Below are positions 52,593 through 64,000 of a DNA stretch of 64,000 bases, piece after piece. Every line of letters starts with the position of its first letter. Positions within the stretch are counted from its first letter, which is position 1. The notes below the pieces were generated by a model. That model was given only the letters and a program-made list of their open reading frames with translations. It had not been told where the DNA came from and ran no database searches. The stretch covers positions 61,318,001 through 61,382,000 of the forward strand of contig NC_043001.1 of the NCBI RefSeq assembly GCF_006345805.1, read 5' to 3'. This DNA is from Octopus sinensis (Eukaryota). The position numbers were made by a program, and so were the translations under genes.

Positions 52593-52898
52593 ACAAATCA
52601 CATACGCAACGAACACTGAGCGAGTGAAAATGCTTTACCGGCAAACTATCAGGTCTATACCATAAGATTAATAAACTAATATGTATATATATACGATGGG
52701 CTTCTAGCACCAAATCTACTCACAAGGCTTTGGTCGTCCCGGATGAATTTTCTGGTTAATTCCGTAATGGAATCGACGGCTTATATTTATTTGCTGCCGA
52801 TAAATTTGGCGCGAGTGCGATGATTTGAAAATTTTAGGTCAGATATTACCTTAGCAGGGTCGGAAATGCCTCGTGAAAATATCTGTTCCGACTTGGCT

Positions 52899-53005
52899 AT
52901 TTCTTACTGAAGAATCTGAGGGCCTATGGAAGATTGGCTTGATTTAATTTAATCAGGTTAGTTTACCATTAAACAGCAGATGAAACGGTGCATCGTATAA
53001 GAAAT
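52899..53005 (+). ncRNA. Type I hammerhead ribozyme, canonical core
   Basis: AUUUCUUA(52899-906)-CUGAAGA-AUCUG...CAGAU(52977-81)-GAAA-CGGUGCAUCG-UA-UAAGAAAU(52998-53005); perfect 8-bp stem I; cut after 52997. Confidence 0.85.
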
Positions 53006-53391
53006 TACAGGGTAAATGTTTTTTTAAATTTTCTCCTGGTTTACAGAGTTGACTTTTATTTGCGGTTGAAGCTTTGGCTGTTATTTCTAGTGGGTGAATG
53101 GCCTATTATGGCCGTTCCTTGATTGTTGATGTTGAACTTAAAAATGGTCTATGACTATTTAATTTTTTCCCACTAGGCCGCTGGTGGCAAAAAAATTCTA
53201 CAAAATTTTTTTTTGCCACCCTATATTGATTAATTATGAATTTTCTGGTTAATTCCGTAATGGAATCGACGGCTTATATTTATTTGCTGCCGATAAATTT
53301 GGCGCAAGTGCGATGATTTGAAAATTTTAGGTCAGATATTACCTTGGCAGGGTCGGAAATGCCTCGTGAAAATATCTGTTCCGACTTGGCT

Positions 53392-53496
53392 ATTTCTTAC
53401 TGAAGAATCTGAGGGCCTATGGAAGATTGGCTTGATTTAATTTAATCAGGTTAGTTTACATTAAACAGCAGATGAACGGTGCATCGTATAAGAAAT
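53392..53496 (+). ncRNA. Second HHR copy with one A missing from GAAA
   Basis: Same stems; reads cagat-gaa-cggtgcatcg-ta-taagaaat. Confidence 0.7.
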
Positions 53497-53721
53497 TACA
53501 GGGTAAATGTTTTTTTAAATTTTCTCCTGGTTTACAGAGTTGACTTTTATTTGCGGTTGAAGCTTTGGCTGTTATTTCTAGTGGGTGAATGGCCTATTAT
53601 GGCCGTTCCTTGATTGTTGATGTTGAACTTAAAAATGGTCTATGACTATTTAATTTTTTTTCCACTAGGCCGCTGGTGGCAAAAAAATTCTACAAAATTT
53701 TTTTTTGCCACCCTATATTGA

Positions 53722-53786
<65 letters not shown>

Positions 53787-53794
<8 letters not shown>

Positions 53795-54187
53795 CTCTCT
53801 TTTACTCTTTTATTTGTTTCAGTCATTTGACTGCGGCCATGCTGGAGCACCGCCTTTAGTCGAGCAAATCGACCGCGGAACTTATTCTTTGTAAGCCCAG
53901 TACTTATTCTATCGTCTCTTTTGCCGAACCGCTAAGTGACGGGGACGTAAACACACCAGCATCGATTGTCAAGCAATGCTAGGGGGACAAACACACACAC
54001 ACACACACACACACATATGTATATATATATATATATATATATACATACATACGACAGGCTTCTTTCAGTTTCTGTCTACCAAATCCACACACAAGGCATT
54101 GGTCGGCCCGGGGCTATAGCAGTGGGACTGAACCCGGAACCATGTGGTTGGTTAGCAAGCTACTTACCATACAGCCACTCCTGCACC

Positions 54188-54190
<3 letters not shown>
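53787..54190 (-). mobile_element. Full-length tRNA-derived SINE, family 2 (head, internal CA/TA tract, 3' body)
   Basis: Head 54050-54190; body 53787-53990 with cagtcatttgactgcggccatgctggagcaccgcc. Confidence 0.88.
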
Positions 54191-54221
<31 letters not shown>

Positions 54222-54229
54222 ATATATAT

Positions 54230-54357
<128 letters not shown>

Positions 54358-55739
54358 TTGAGTTGTGGGGTATCGCACGAGTGGGATTATATAAGAAAAG
54401 AGGTTTGAAAATGCAATTTAAACGATGTTTATTTACTTAACCGGTTTCACTCTTTGGTAAAAGCTTGTCAAAAGTTACATTTAAGGAAACATTGAATAAT
54501 ATGGGTTCAAAAAAAGTTTTTTACATAATTGTCACATTGAATATTATGCATTCAAAAAGTTTTTACATAATTGTCACATTGGATATTATGAATTCAAAAA
54601 TGTTTTTTTATACATAATTGTCACATTACATGTATAAATGTAGTGTTTGGTAACAGAGAAGTTCAATAGTGTGATGAGAATATTTGGGAAAATTTGGCAG
54701 AAAAGGATAAAACAAATATATTATTGGGAATTGGTTGCGTTAATTATTGGTTGTCGCAAATTGTCACATTACATGTATATATACAATCTTTGGTATATAT
54801 ATACAGCCTTTTGACAGCAAAAATTAAAATGGATTTTTTATACATCTCAGAATATTTTAAGTACAAGGCGAGAATATGTTTTTACTGACCTGTCGGTATT
54901 AGCAGAAAGGCTGAACTGAGAGAACAGAGGAAGTAGCCAATGTGGTGTATACTTCCCCTTTATGCATGAATGATTTTGGGGTTATCAGGAGGTTAGTATG
55001 CGGGTGTGAATAGATGTGTCCGTGCCCGCTGGAATGCAGAAGCTTACACTATTATATACAACAACATTCCACAACTAAATCAAGACCCACGCCTGAAAAA
55101 AATACTGGCAGCTCATAAAATAATAAAAAGTAAGAGACAACCTAAATCCCTAAAAAACCTCCTCACCAACGCAAAATTACACAACACAAACCCACCGCCC
55201 ACCATCAAAAAATGTGGTCGCCCCAACTGCAAGACCTGCATCCACCTCATTGAGGGATCATCATACAAGTTCCACTCGGGACAACATTCATCATAAAAAA
55301 TAATTTCACGTGCGCATCAAAAAAATTTACTCTACGTCATAGGTGTGAAGGATGCCACGAAGACTGCATAGGGCAAACGAGCCTTACCCTCAGAGACAGA
55401 ATGACAGTTCACCGACAACAACTGAGGGACCCTCCACAAGACAGATACCACTAAGTGGACACTTAGACCTTTGTGCACACAATAAGTCCCCCAAATTCTT
55501 AGTCTTCCCACTATACCAATGCTCGGACAACACCACAGACCAAACACGAATAAATAAGGAAAGTAATCTTATTCAAAAATACAGACCACAACTAAACATA
55601 CTCTAACATAGCCCCTGGAAGCACATCCAGAGCAAGCACACAGGGACGCGCGCACGCTCACAGCATATCGTGCGGGCGGGCACATGCGCGCATCGGCACG
55701 CATAGGACACACTAGCGGGCATTGACCGCACACATACGT

Positions 55740-56051
55740 GGCATGCACACGCATGCATTATATATATGTAGGTGATGTATGTGTGTGAGTGTTGTGTGTG
55801 TGTGTGTGTGTGTGTGTCTGTGTGCACGTTGTGTGTGTGTGTGTGCGCGGGTGTATATATATATGTGTGTGTGTGTGTGCACTGTGTACGTGTGTGTGTA
55901 TGTGTGTGTGTGCGCGCGCGTTGTGTGTATGTGTGTGTGCACGTGTGTATATATGTGTGTGTGTGTGCACTGTGTGCGGGTGTGTGTGTATGTGTGTGTG
56001 TGTGTGTGTGAGCATTGTGTACGTATGTATGTATTTACATGTGTATTTGTT

Positions 56052-56082
<31 letters not shown>

Positions 56083-56275
56083 TGTGTGTGTATATGCATG
56101 GTATGTGTGTATATGTTAGTACTTTGTTTGTGTGTGTGTGCGGCATGTAGAGATATATTTGAGTGTGTACGCTATAGGTTTGTAATTTGTGTGTGAGGGG
56201 GTGAATTTTATATATATATATATGTGTATGTGTATGTGTGTGAAAAAATATATGTATGTGCATGTATGTATGTAT

Positions 56276-56317
<42 letters not shown>

Positions 56318-56870
56318 GTGTGTCTGTGTATATTTATTTGCTTGTTTATGTGTGTATAAACATGTACATTATTTGCATGCGCATTGTGTATATGTATATT
56401 GTATGTATGTGTATTGTATATGTATGTGTACAATTAAGTGTATATATGTGTGTGTGTGTGTGCATTGTATATATGTATATTGTAGGTGTGCTATATATGC
56501 ATGAATACATGTATGTGCATTGCGTGTATATATATGTATACATTTGTGTATGTATGTTATGTGTGTGTGTGTGTGTGTATATATATTAAATGTATGCGTA
56601 CGTGTATGTGTATGCGTTGTATGTATGTGTATTGTTGTATATGTGGTACATCTATGTATGTGTATGTAAACACTATTTATATGTATATGTGTATATATGT
56701 ATATGCATTGTCTATATATATATATTATATGTATGTACTGCGTATGTATATTGCATGTATATATTGTGTATGTATATTACTTACATGCTGTATGTGTGTA
56801 TTGTATGTGTGTATATATATGCTAGGTGTATTTGTGTGATATTTATATTATGTATGTATGTGTGCGTGTG

Positions 56871-56913
<43 letters not shown>

Positions 56914-57095
56914 TTATATATCTGTGTATGTTATATATAGATACATATTATATTTGTGTGCTGTGTGTATATGTGATATATGTGGGTGCGTTGTGTGGGG
57001 GTGTGTGTGTTCTGTGTGTGTGTGTGTGTTGTTTGTATGTGGTGTGTGTTTGTTTATTATGTGTGTGTGTGTGTGTGTGTATATATGTGTGTGAC
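55740..57095. repeat. ~1.35-kb scrambled (TG)/(TA)/(TATG) low-complexity tract inside the PLE
   Basis: Read directly; source of many spurious C/V/Y/I/M and H/T ORFs. Confidence 0.95.
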
Positions 57096-57674
57096 AAACA
57101 GACGCTATCTGACCAGCGGGCACGGACACATCTATTCACACCCGCATACTAACCTCCTGATAACCCCAAAATCATTCATGCATAAAGGGGAAGTATACAC
57201 CACATTGGCTACTACTTCCTCTTTCTCTCAGTTCACAGCCTTTCTGCTAATACCGACAGGTCAGTAAAAACATATTCTCGCCTTGTACTTAAAATATTCT
57301 GAGATGTATAAAAAATCCATTTTAATTTTTGCTGTCAAAAGGCTGTATATATATACCAAAGATTGTATATATATACATGTAATGTGACAATTTGCGACAA
57401 CCAATAATAACGCAACCAATTCCCAATAATATATTTGTTTTATCCTTTTCTGCCAAATTTTCCCAAATATTCTCATCACACTATTGAACTTCTCTGTTAC
57501 CAAACACTACATTTATACATGTAATGTGACAATTATGTATAAAAAAACATTTTTGAATTCATAATATCCAATGTGACAATTATGTAAAAACTTTTTTGAA
57601 TGCATAATATTCAATGTGACAATTATGTAAAAACTTTTTTTGAACCCATATTATTCAATGTTTCCTTAAATGTA

Positions 57675-57715
57675 ACTTTTGACAATCTTTTACCAAAGAG
57701 TGAAACCGGTTAAGT
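57675..57715 (+). ncRNA. Minimal HHR variant with U3/A8 core (mirror copy 54435-54475, minus)
   Basis: ACUU-UUGACAA-(G/U)CUUUU acca AAGAGU-GAAA-CCGG-UU-AAGU; palindromic stem III ACCGGU. Confidence 0.6.
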
Positions 57716-57754
57716 AAATAAACATCGTTTAAATTGCATTTTCAAACCGTTTTT

Positions 57755-57789
<35 letters not shown>

Positions 57790-57795
<6 letters not shown>

Positions 57796-58250
57796 ATAAA
57801 GAGAAGATCCTTTTCCCGTAATGTATACAGATTCGTTTAAGTGAACACATCAAACCAAATTTCAGGTTTCCCCTTCTACCAGTACAAAGATACAATTTCT
57901 ATACAAGAACGTATAAATAAGGAAAATGTATTCATCGAAAAATACAGGACACATCTAAAGATGCACGCATAACAAACTGTGATCCGTATACATATTTTAA
58001 TTCATGATTACATACCTATCACTGGATATATTTCTCCCCACTACTCTAGTATTTGAATTTTTGTATATATTCTGCCCCCACTGAAAAATGTACAATTGTC
58101 TCCCTTGTTCACATTAATAACGACTACCAATTACCTCCCCTTAGATTTTTCTACTAGTTGAATCATTTCATTCATAAACACTACTCACAACATGGACAAA
58201 AAATTTCAATGCTGTGATTATTGAAACCGGTCGACAAACACGATATAAAC
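57790..58250 (+). mobile_element. Second PLE 3' fragment
   Basis: ..PNFRFP..YKDTISIQERINKENVFIEKYRTHL resembles the C-terminus at 55500-55606. Confidence 0.55.
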
Positions 58251-58420
58251 AAAAACAAAATATATTTTAAATGTATTAAAAATGTAAAGTGAGTGTGTTT
58301 TCTTTCTTCAATTTCTTATATATTTTACAACTCACCAACTGGGGATAATCGAAACTCCTTCCTTTCTTTTATTACTTTTATATATATATGTGTGTGCGTG
58401 TGTGTATAATATATAATAAT

Positions 58421-58748
58421 GTTCGTCCTTCGGTTCGAAGATGACCAGTTCAGTGAGGGGCGACCACATGTCCTGAGCCGCCTGTGTGTGGGTTCACGAC
58501 TGCAGCTCCCAGTGTATCCTCACCTGCTACTTCGCCGTTTCCCCATCGCCACAGGACTTTGGGATGGTGTCATGGCGTCATGATGTCGTGACATGCGCGT
58601 GACTTGGATTATAGTGAGGGTGACTTGCGCAGGATCAGCCTCACTCTCTCGTCCTGGTGCGCCGGATCCAGTGGCAAGACAAAGTCAAGACGACTGGGGG
58701 TAGACCAAGATGCAGGAGCTGCCGGAAGGTGGCACGCATGGCGCAATC
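58421..58748 (+). mobile_element. RTE-type 5' UTR fragment, GC-rich
   Basis: gttcgtccttcggttcgaagatgacca...gacttggattatagtgaggg...cagcctcactctctc...gatccagtggcaaga resembles remembered RTE 5' UTR sequence; hairpin agtgagg/cctcact. Confidence 0.55.
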
Positions 58749-58814
58749 CATACACACACACATACGCGCACACGCACACACACACACATACACACACACA
58801 TATATATATATATA

Positions 58815-58980
58815 TAGGCGCAGGAGTGGTTCTTTGGTAAGTAGCTTGCTTACCAAACTCATGGTTCCGGATTCAGTCCTACTGCGTGGCAACTTGGGCA
58901 AGTGACTTCTACTATGGCCTCGGGCCAACGAAAACCTTGTGAGTGGATTTATTAGACGGGAACTGAAAGAAGCCCGTCGT
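58815..58980 (+). mobile_element. tRNA-derived SINE, family 2 head
   Basis: taggcgcaggagtgg...ggtaagtagcttgcttacc...ggttccggattcagtcctactgcgtggc. Confidence 0.85.
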
Positions 58981-59003
58981 GTATATATATATATATGCGG
59001 GAT

Positions 59004-59815
59004 AACCACGAAGTGAACATCCAATATGCTAGATGTAGGCCCCTTGTGGTCTGATCTCTAAGAAAATATTGTTCTCAAGAAAATTCAGCAAAACGCCAGA
59101 ACGTAAGTGAGCAAGACAAAAGAAAAGATACAAACTATAATGATTAGTCACATACCAGATTTCATTGTTACCATTTACATATTTACATACGTAATTCTCC
59201 GCAACGTGATAGCAAAATATAATTTGCAGAAATATACACGAGACGTCCACGAGAGATAGAACATGCATATAGTTTTGCCAATTATATTTGGGTGTTAATT
59301 TCAAATGTCTTCATTTTAGCGCACCAAAAACCGGAATTCTGCAGAAAATAATTTTCTGCATTGAATCCTCCCGGTTAGAGAGCGTGGTTATTTAAATTTA
59401 AATAATAAGGGTAAAAAAATTGCATATTAATTTGATTAATATCAATTTAAACCAGTGGCCTAGCATTTCGAAAAAATCTAAAGATTCAGAAAAAGTATAT
59501 TACATATATATAAGTATTACATATATATTAAATATATATAAGTTGGTTGACCACAAGTGGACATCCAATATGGTAGATGTAGACTCCATATGGTCTGACC
59601 ACTAAGAAAAGATTTTTCTCGGGAAAATTCAGCAAACGCCAGAAAGCGAACAAGAGAAAAGAAAAGATACAAAATATGATAAGTCACATACTAGGTTTCA
59701 TTGTTACCATTTACATATTTACATGCGTAAATGTCAGCAATTTATCAGTGTGACCTTCATAGCAAAATATAATTGGCAGAACAATACACAAGACGTCCAA
59801 ACCAGATAGAAGATA
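59004..59815. repeat. Diverged direct repeat (~265 bp at 59004-59270 and 59549-59815; period ~545 bp)
   Basis: Shared acatccaatatg.tagatgtag, gaaaattcagcaaa, tttcattgttaccatttacatatttacat, atagcaaaatataatt.gcaga. Confidence 0.85.
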
Positions 59816-59850
59816 CATACACACCCACACACGCACACACTCATACACAA

Positions 59851-59890
<40 letters not shown>

Positions 59891-62029
59891 TATATATATA
59901 TGTATGTATGCACTACACGAAACTTTAGCTACTCATATATAGGTTATATATAATAACCGCTGAATGGAACGTAAGATGGGTTTGGCATTAGTCTTTATTC
60001 AGTACAATGATCGTTTCGACCCCTCCTATGACAGAGTGTTGTGCATCCAACTGCGTTGCATATTTCAGAGTAGTCTGGGTCACATCAAATACATGCATAC
60101 ATATGCGGTGTCCCGATGGTATCCCTGAAGTTTTGGTGGTAACCAATACGATATAATATGAATAAGTATATATGTACAATGATGCAGTAGTTGACCTACG
60201 AGTTCTTTTTTATTTTCCAAACCTCATATAATGTACAATTAAATTTGTTTACAGTATGCGCCCTAAAATTTCTCAGTTAAGAGAAAATTTAAAATACAAA
60301 TGGTCTATTGTTACTAAAGTAAAAAATTGTATTTTGCATTTTATCATTCAGACTATTCTGTCTTATATAATTCTTATTCGCATTGTTTTGAAATACTGAT
60401 GCATTATCTCACACCTTTGAGATTTCAAGGATGTGGTTGTTTCCTTTGTCTGGTGTGAGTAATAAAAGGCCGGATCTAGCCAGTTCAGCATTAAACAAAT
60501 TATTTATTGCGTCCTGGTATGGCAGCGGCGTCTCTCTGAAATTTGTAGTATGTATCAAATGAATTTTTTTTCTTTATCATGAACATTTTGCTTTACTGTT
60601 GCCCACTGGACATGGTATTATACGAAAGTTATTATAATTTAGAAAAATTAGCTATATAAATAACTTTGGACAGATATCTTCACAAATTAAAACTAAGGGC
60701 CTGAGTGACGAATTTATGAGAAAATAGTCACATGTAAAACTGTCTAGATTTTGTTACCATTTGGATTATGGCTGACTGTCGGCAGCTGCAAGCATACACA
60801 CACAGCGTAACATAAGAAGCTGAATTAAAAGTTTTAAGTAGATGTGATATTTAACTGTGGATATTAGAAAATTACTCGGATTTCAACAAACAACTAAACA
60901 AAGATTGTGCATTATTGCCAAAAACATTCGAAGTGTACGCTTATAATTTAACGCGTTTACCTGCAAAACAAGAACAATCTAGTAATAGAACTAGTTTACT
61001 GGCGAATATGAAAGGACTAAACACACAACGCACACATAGACTCAAACACACACACACATACACACACAAATTATGGACAAAGAAATACAAAGACAAATAA
61101 TTAAAATCGTAAAGTATTTATATGAACAGTTGCATATTTAAATCACAAGATGTAATCCAGTTATATATTTGCATCTATTCAACTTTTAAAGAATTGTCAT
61201 TGCCTGTCATTGTATTCCCATGCATGCTCGACGTCGAGTTATAGCCTACTCTTAACCTCCGCACTATCCAACAACGATGAAGACATTGGAGATTAATAGT
61301 CAGAATTTTCTGAGCAGTAAATGGTGACAATATAATCATGCTCAAATATACTATTTATGAACTATTCTTCATATGTATGTGTATGCATGTATGTGTGTAT
61401 TGCGCGCGCCCGCATGTGTGTGTACGCATACAAACATGCTGGTCATTTAGTGATGTTTACCAAATATGAAATGTTGAAGGATGCAGGGAATAAGAACGAA
61501 ATGGGAGGAGTAGGAGGAAGAGGTAGTTAAGAGACAGGATAAGAGGAAGAACAGCCACGATTTACGACGGGAAGAACGGAGAAAAGAATCAGGGAAAGAA
61601 GAATAGGTGCGGTTAAGAGCCAGCCTGCTGAAATTCTATGTCACGAGTGGTCAAATTCATCATAAACAGACAATAAAGTAGTTAGGAATGCCAGCCGTCC
61701 AGGCAAAGAGTCAAAGGAAGAGAAGCATTGGGACAAGAAATCGGTGGTGGGATTAGCGGAGGAGGAAAGTATGATGAGAAAAAATAATATTCGATACGAG
61801 GAGAAATGATATACATATTTAGATATCTAAATGAGTAAAGGTTTCACAAAAGTAAATGAGCACTTAAACAAATGTTGGCAAGAGAATATTAAATCAGAGA
61901 ACCAGTTGAGTAACGAAACATTATTGTGGCGTAGAATTGCAAACGATTTCCTAAAATACAACTTAGAAACGCTATGGTTAGCGTTCTATGGAGTACCCTC
62001 ACAAACTATGGACCAGTATAAGGTGTAAG

Positions 62030-62900
62030 GAACGCTCTGGGACTTGAGGTGGTGTATAGAGTTAAATAAGGAAGTAGATAGTTTAGAGATTTTATTAGAG
62101 AGTGAGCACAGGTGATTCGGGTAGCCCTGCTTGAAATCAGTCTTGCCTGGTGTTAATGTGGAGTCGTAAGCTGACATTTATTTAGCACATTATAGGATAA
62201 ACAAAATCTATCCAACGGATGCAGTTAGGAGACTCGACAATTACATGTTTTCCCCCATTACTGGTTGGCTTATTTTTCACCCGTATCCTATTTTCATTCA
62301 TACGATCAGTTGCTCCAAAGGTGTGAGTAGAGATGTTAGCATTTCTAGTATGGAGCTGGTAGGGGAGCATCACCGTGGTGACAAGTGTTACTGTGACCAA
62401 TACCAAGATATATGATGTTAACGCTGCTATTGCAAAAGTAGATAGGATTATGCGAGGATATAGTGTTGTTTTCAACAAGGTCTGGGTAGGCATCATACTG
62501 GTACTGCATAAAGCCCATAATAAGGTGGCCGAGTTTGCGACTATTTGAAACTTCGATTATAAATCAATAGTTAGGGTTTGTATGATATGAGATCTTAACA
62601 GGAGATTTGTTGAAGATGAGGTAATATTTATGGTGTGATGAAAAATTAGACCTTAGGGTTTCGAAAAATAACTTCAGTATTTGCTTAACCTGAAGGAAGA
62701 ATGGGGATACAAAGAGAAATCGCTCGCTTCCTGTCCCTGGGGAGTCTTAATACACGGCAAAATATTTGGAAGGTTAACCTAGTTAGGTCGGGCGCGGTGA
62801 AGTCTGCTGGAAGGCGATAGAATGTTGATGGGAAGGGGCAAGTCTGGGCTGGAGCGTAGTATCAGTACAAGAAAAAAGAAATTCAAGTTTAGTTTTCAGC
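62030..62900 (-). mobile_element. Possible decayed L1/Tx1-like endonuclease fragment
   Basis: RWIDFVY and ESPVLTL recall APE RIDF/SDH motifs; heavily disrupted. Confidence 0.3.
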
Positions 62901-64000
62901 CTAATATTAGGAATATATAAGGACAATTAATTTTCAGTATATTACTATTATGATCAAACCAATTAAAAGGATTTCTTTCAAATTCTCCATAAAATTCCAA
63001 CACAGTAATGAAACATACCAAACGCGCTAAACAAAGTCATTTAGAAATTTGGCAATTTCTAAATGTAACAAGAAGTTTTGGAAACTTCGGTTGGATTTCG
63101 AAACCAATGGCAAGAATGTTTTTAGTATATCAAAATGAAAAATGCTTTTGAATCATTTGGTCATTATAAAGACACGAAATGTTTTTGAAAGGTTTTAAAA
63201 CATTGATAATAATCTCGCAATGCATCGAGGGCCGTCGTTAGAAAACTTCAGGTGTTGAAGTGGATTGTGAGGACGAGGACATTCGATACAAGTCATATTT
63301 TCTCAGGAAAAGTCACTTAATGATGTTAAAATGATGTTTAAAGTCCTCGTAGGTTTGTGCACTAAGTTTCCAGTAACTCCGTGTAAAGACACATTCCGAC
63401 CTTAGATCTTCCAGAGAATGGAAGACTTTTGTGAAAACCTCGTTAAAAAAGTATTAGATACGAAAGAAGTAGTGTGGGAAAAGTGATAAGTAAATCCCAC
63501 TATCTATTTTGAAGCAAAATATTTTAGTTATTTTAGTTATTATATAAAATACCTGTTATTTCAAACGAAAATCATACATTAATTGGATTTAAAAGATAGT
63601 GTTCATTGAGAAGAATCTCTTGAGGGCGGCTTTAAGTGACGAAAAAATTGTAGATAATCCCCAATATCTTAGTTCAGCTATTGTAAAAGAAAACCATATA
63701 ATAGCTGTTTTCAAATGAAAGAGCTCTATGAGATGAATCTCATCAAAAAATTGGTTTCAAATTTTGGCACAAGGCCAGAAATTTGGGAGGAGGGTAAGTC
63801 GATTACATCTTACTTATTTTATCGATCTTAAAATGAAACGTAAAGACCACCACAGACAGACGAAATGACGCTAAGTATTTTTCCTGGCGTGGTAATGATC
63901 CTGCCAGATCACGGTCTATAGAAGCACTGCAAGGAAAAATGTCCAATGCTTTAGCAACTCGGCCACTTTGCCATGTAAAACCCGTCAAAAATATTAGCTA

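Larger units (their letters stand above)
52743..53726 (+). mobile_element. Near-identical ~493-bp tandem dimer, one HHR motif per unit (retrozyme or PLE pLTR-like)
   Basis: Unit 1 52743-53235, unit 2 53236-53726; only a few substitutions and 1-nt indels seen; followed by (TA)n. Confidence 0.85.
54388..57762 (+). mobile_element. 5'-truncated Penelope-like element with inverted terminal arms (54388-55032, 57113-57762)
   Basis: GIY-YIG C-terminus at 55033-55606: CGRPNCKTCIHL, NFTCASK.LLYVI.C.GC..DCIGQT, RMTVHRQ, FLVFPLY, RINKESNLIQKYRPQLN; ~645-bp arms are reverse complements. Confidence 0.88.

Noticed and set aside
54500-54630. ~42-bp tandem units containing taattgtcacatt
   Set aside because: Internal minisatellite of the PLE arm, mirrored at 57520-57660; no spacers or cas genes
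55712-57267. Many overlapping C/V/Y/M and H/T ORFs
   Set aside because: Dinucleotide low-complexity tract with open frames on both strands
58190-58240. GAAA-CCGG-UC in the second PLE fragment
   Set aside because: No recognisable core or stem I partner

Overview
AT-rich, repeat-dense eukaryotic DNA; no operons, rRNA, tRNA genes or CRISPR. The tRNA-derived SINE families and the (TA)n/(TAA)n/(CA)n microsatellite load suggest a coleoid cephalopod, probably Octopus (inferred from remembered repeat consensuses, not a search). Most of the window is decayed mobile DNA: R4/Dong-clade RLE LINEs, L1/Tx1-like and RTE LINE pieces, Tc1/mariner and hAT-like transposons, SINEs and Penelope-like elements (PLEs). 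One long intact ORF stands out (36010-37980): an apparent terminal exon of an orphan His/Tyr/Cys-rich, Lys/Gln/Glu-rich protein ending in 20 Cys-spaced hexapeptide repeats. The main hidden structure is a set of type I hammerhead ribozyme (HHR) motifs folded by eye: about six canonical copies, two U3/A8-variant copies and several decayed ones. They lie in (TA)n-flanked inverted repeats, in a PLE with inverted termini, and in a near-identical ~493-bp tandem dimer with retrozyme-like architecture (52743-53726). All folds, family assignments and boundaries are manual; none was computed or database-checked, and decayed-element boundaries are approximate.
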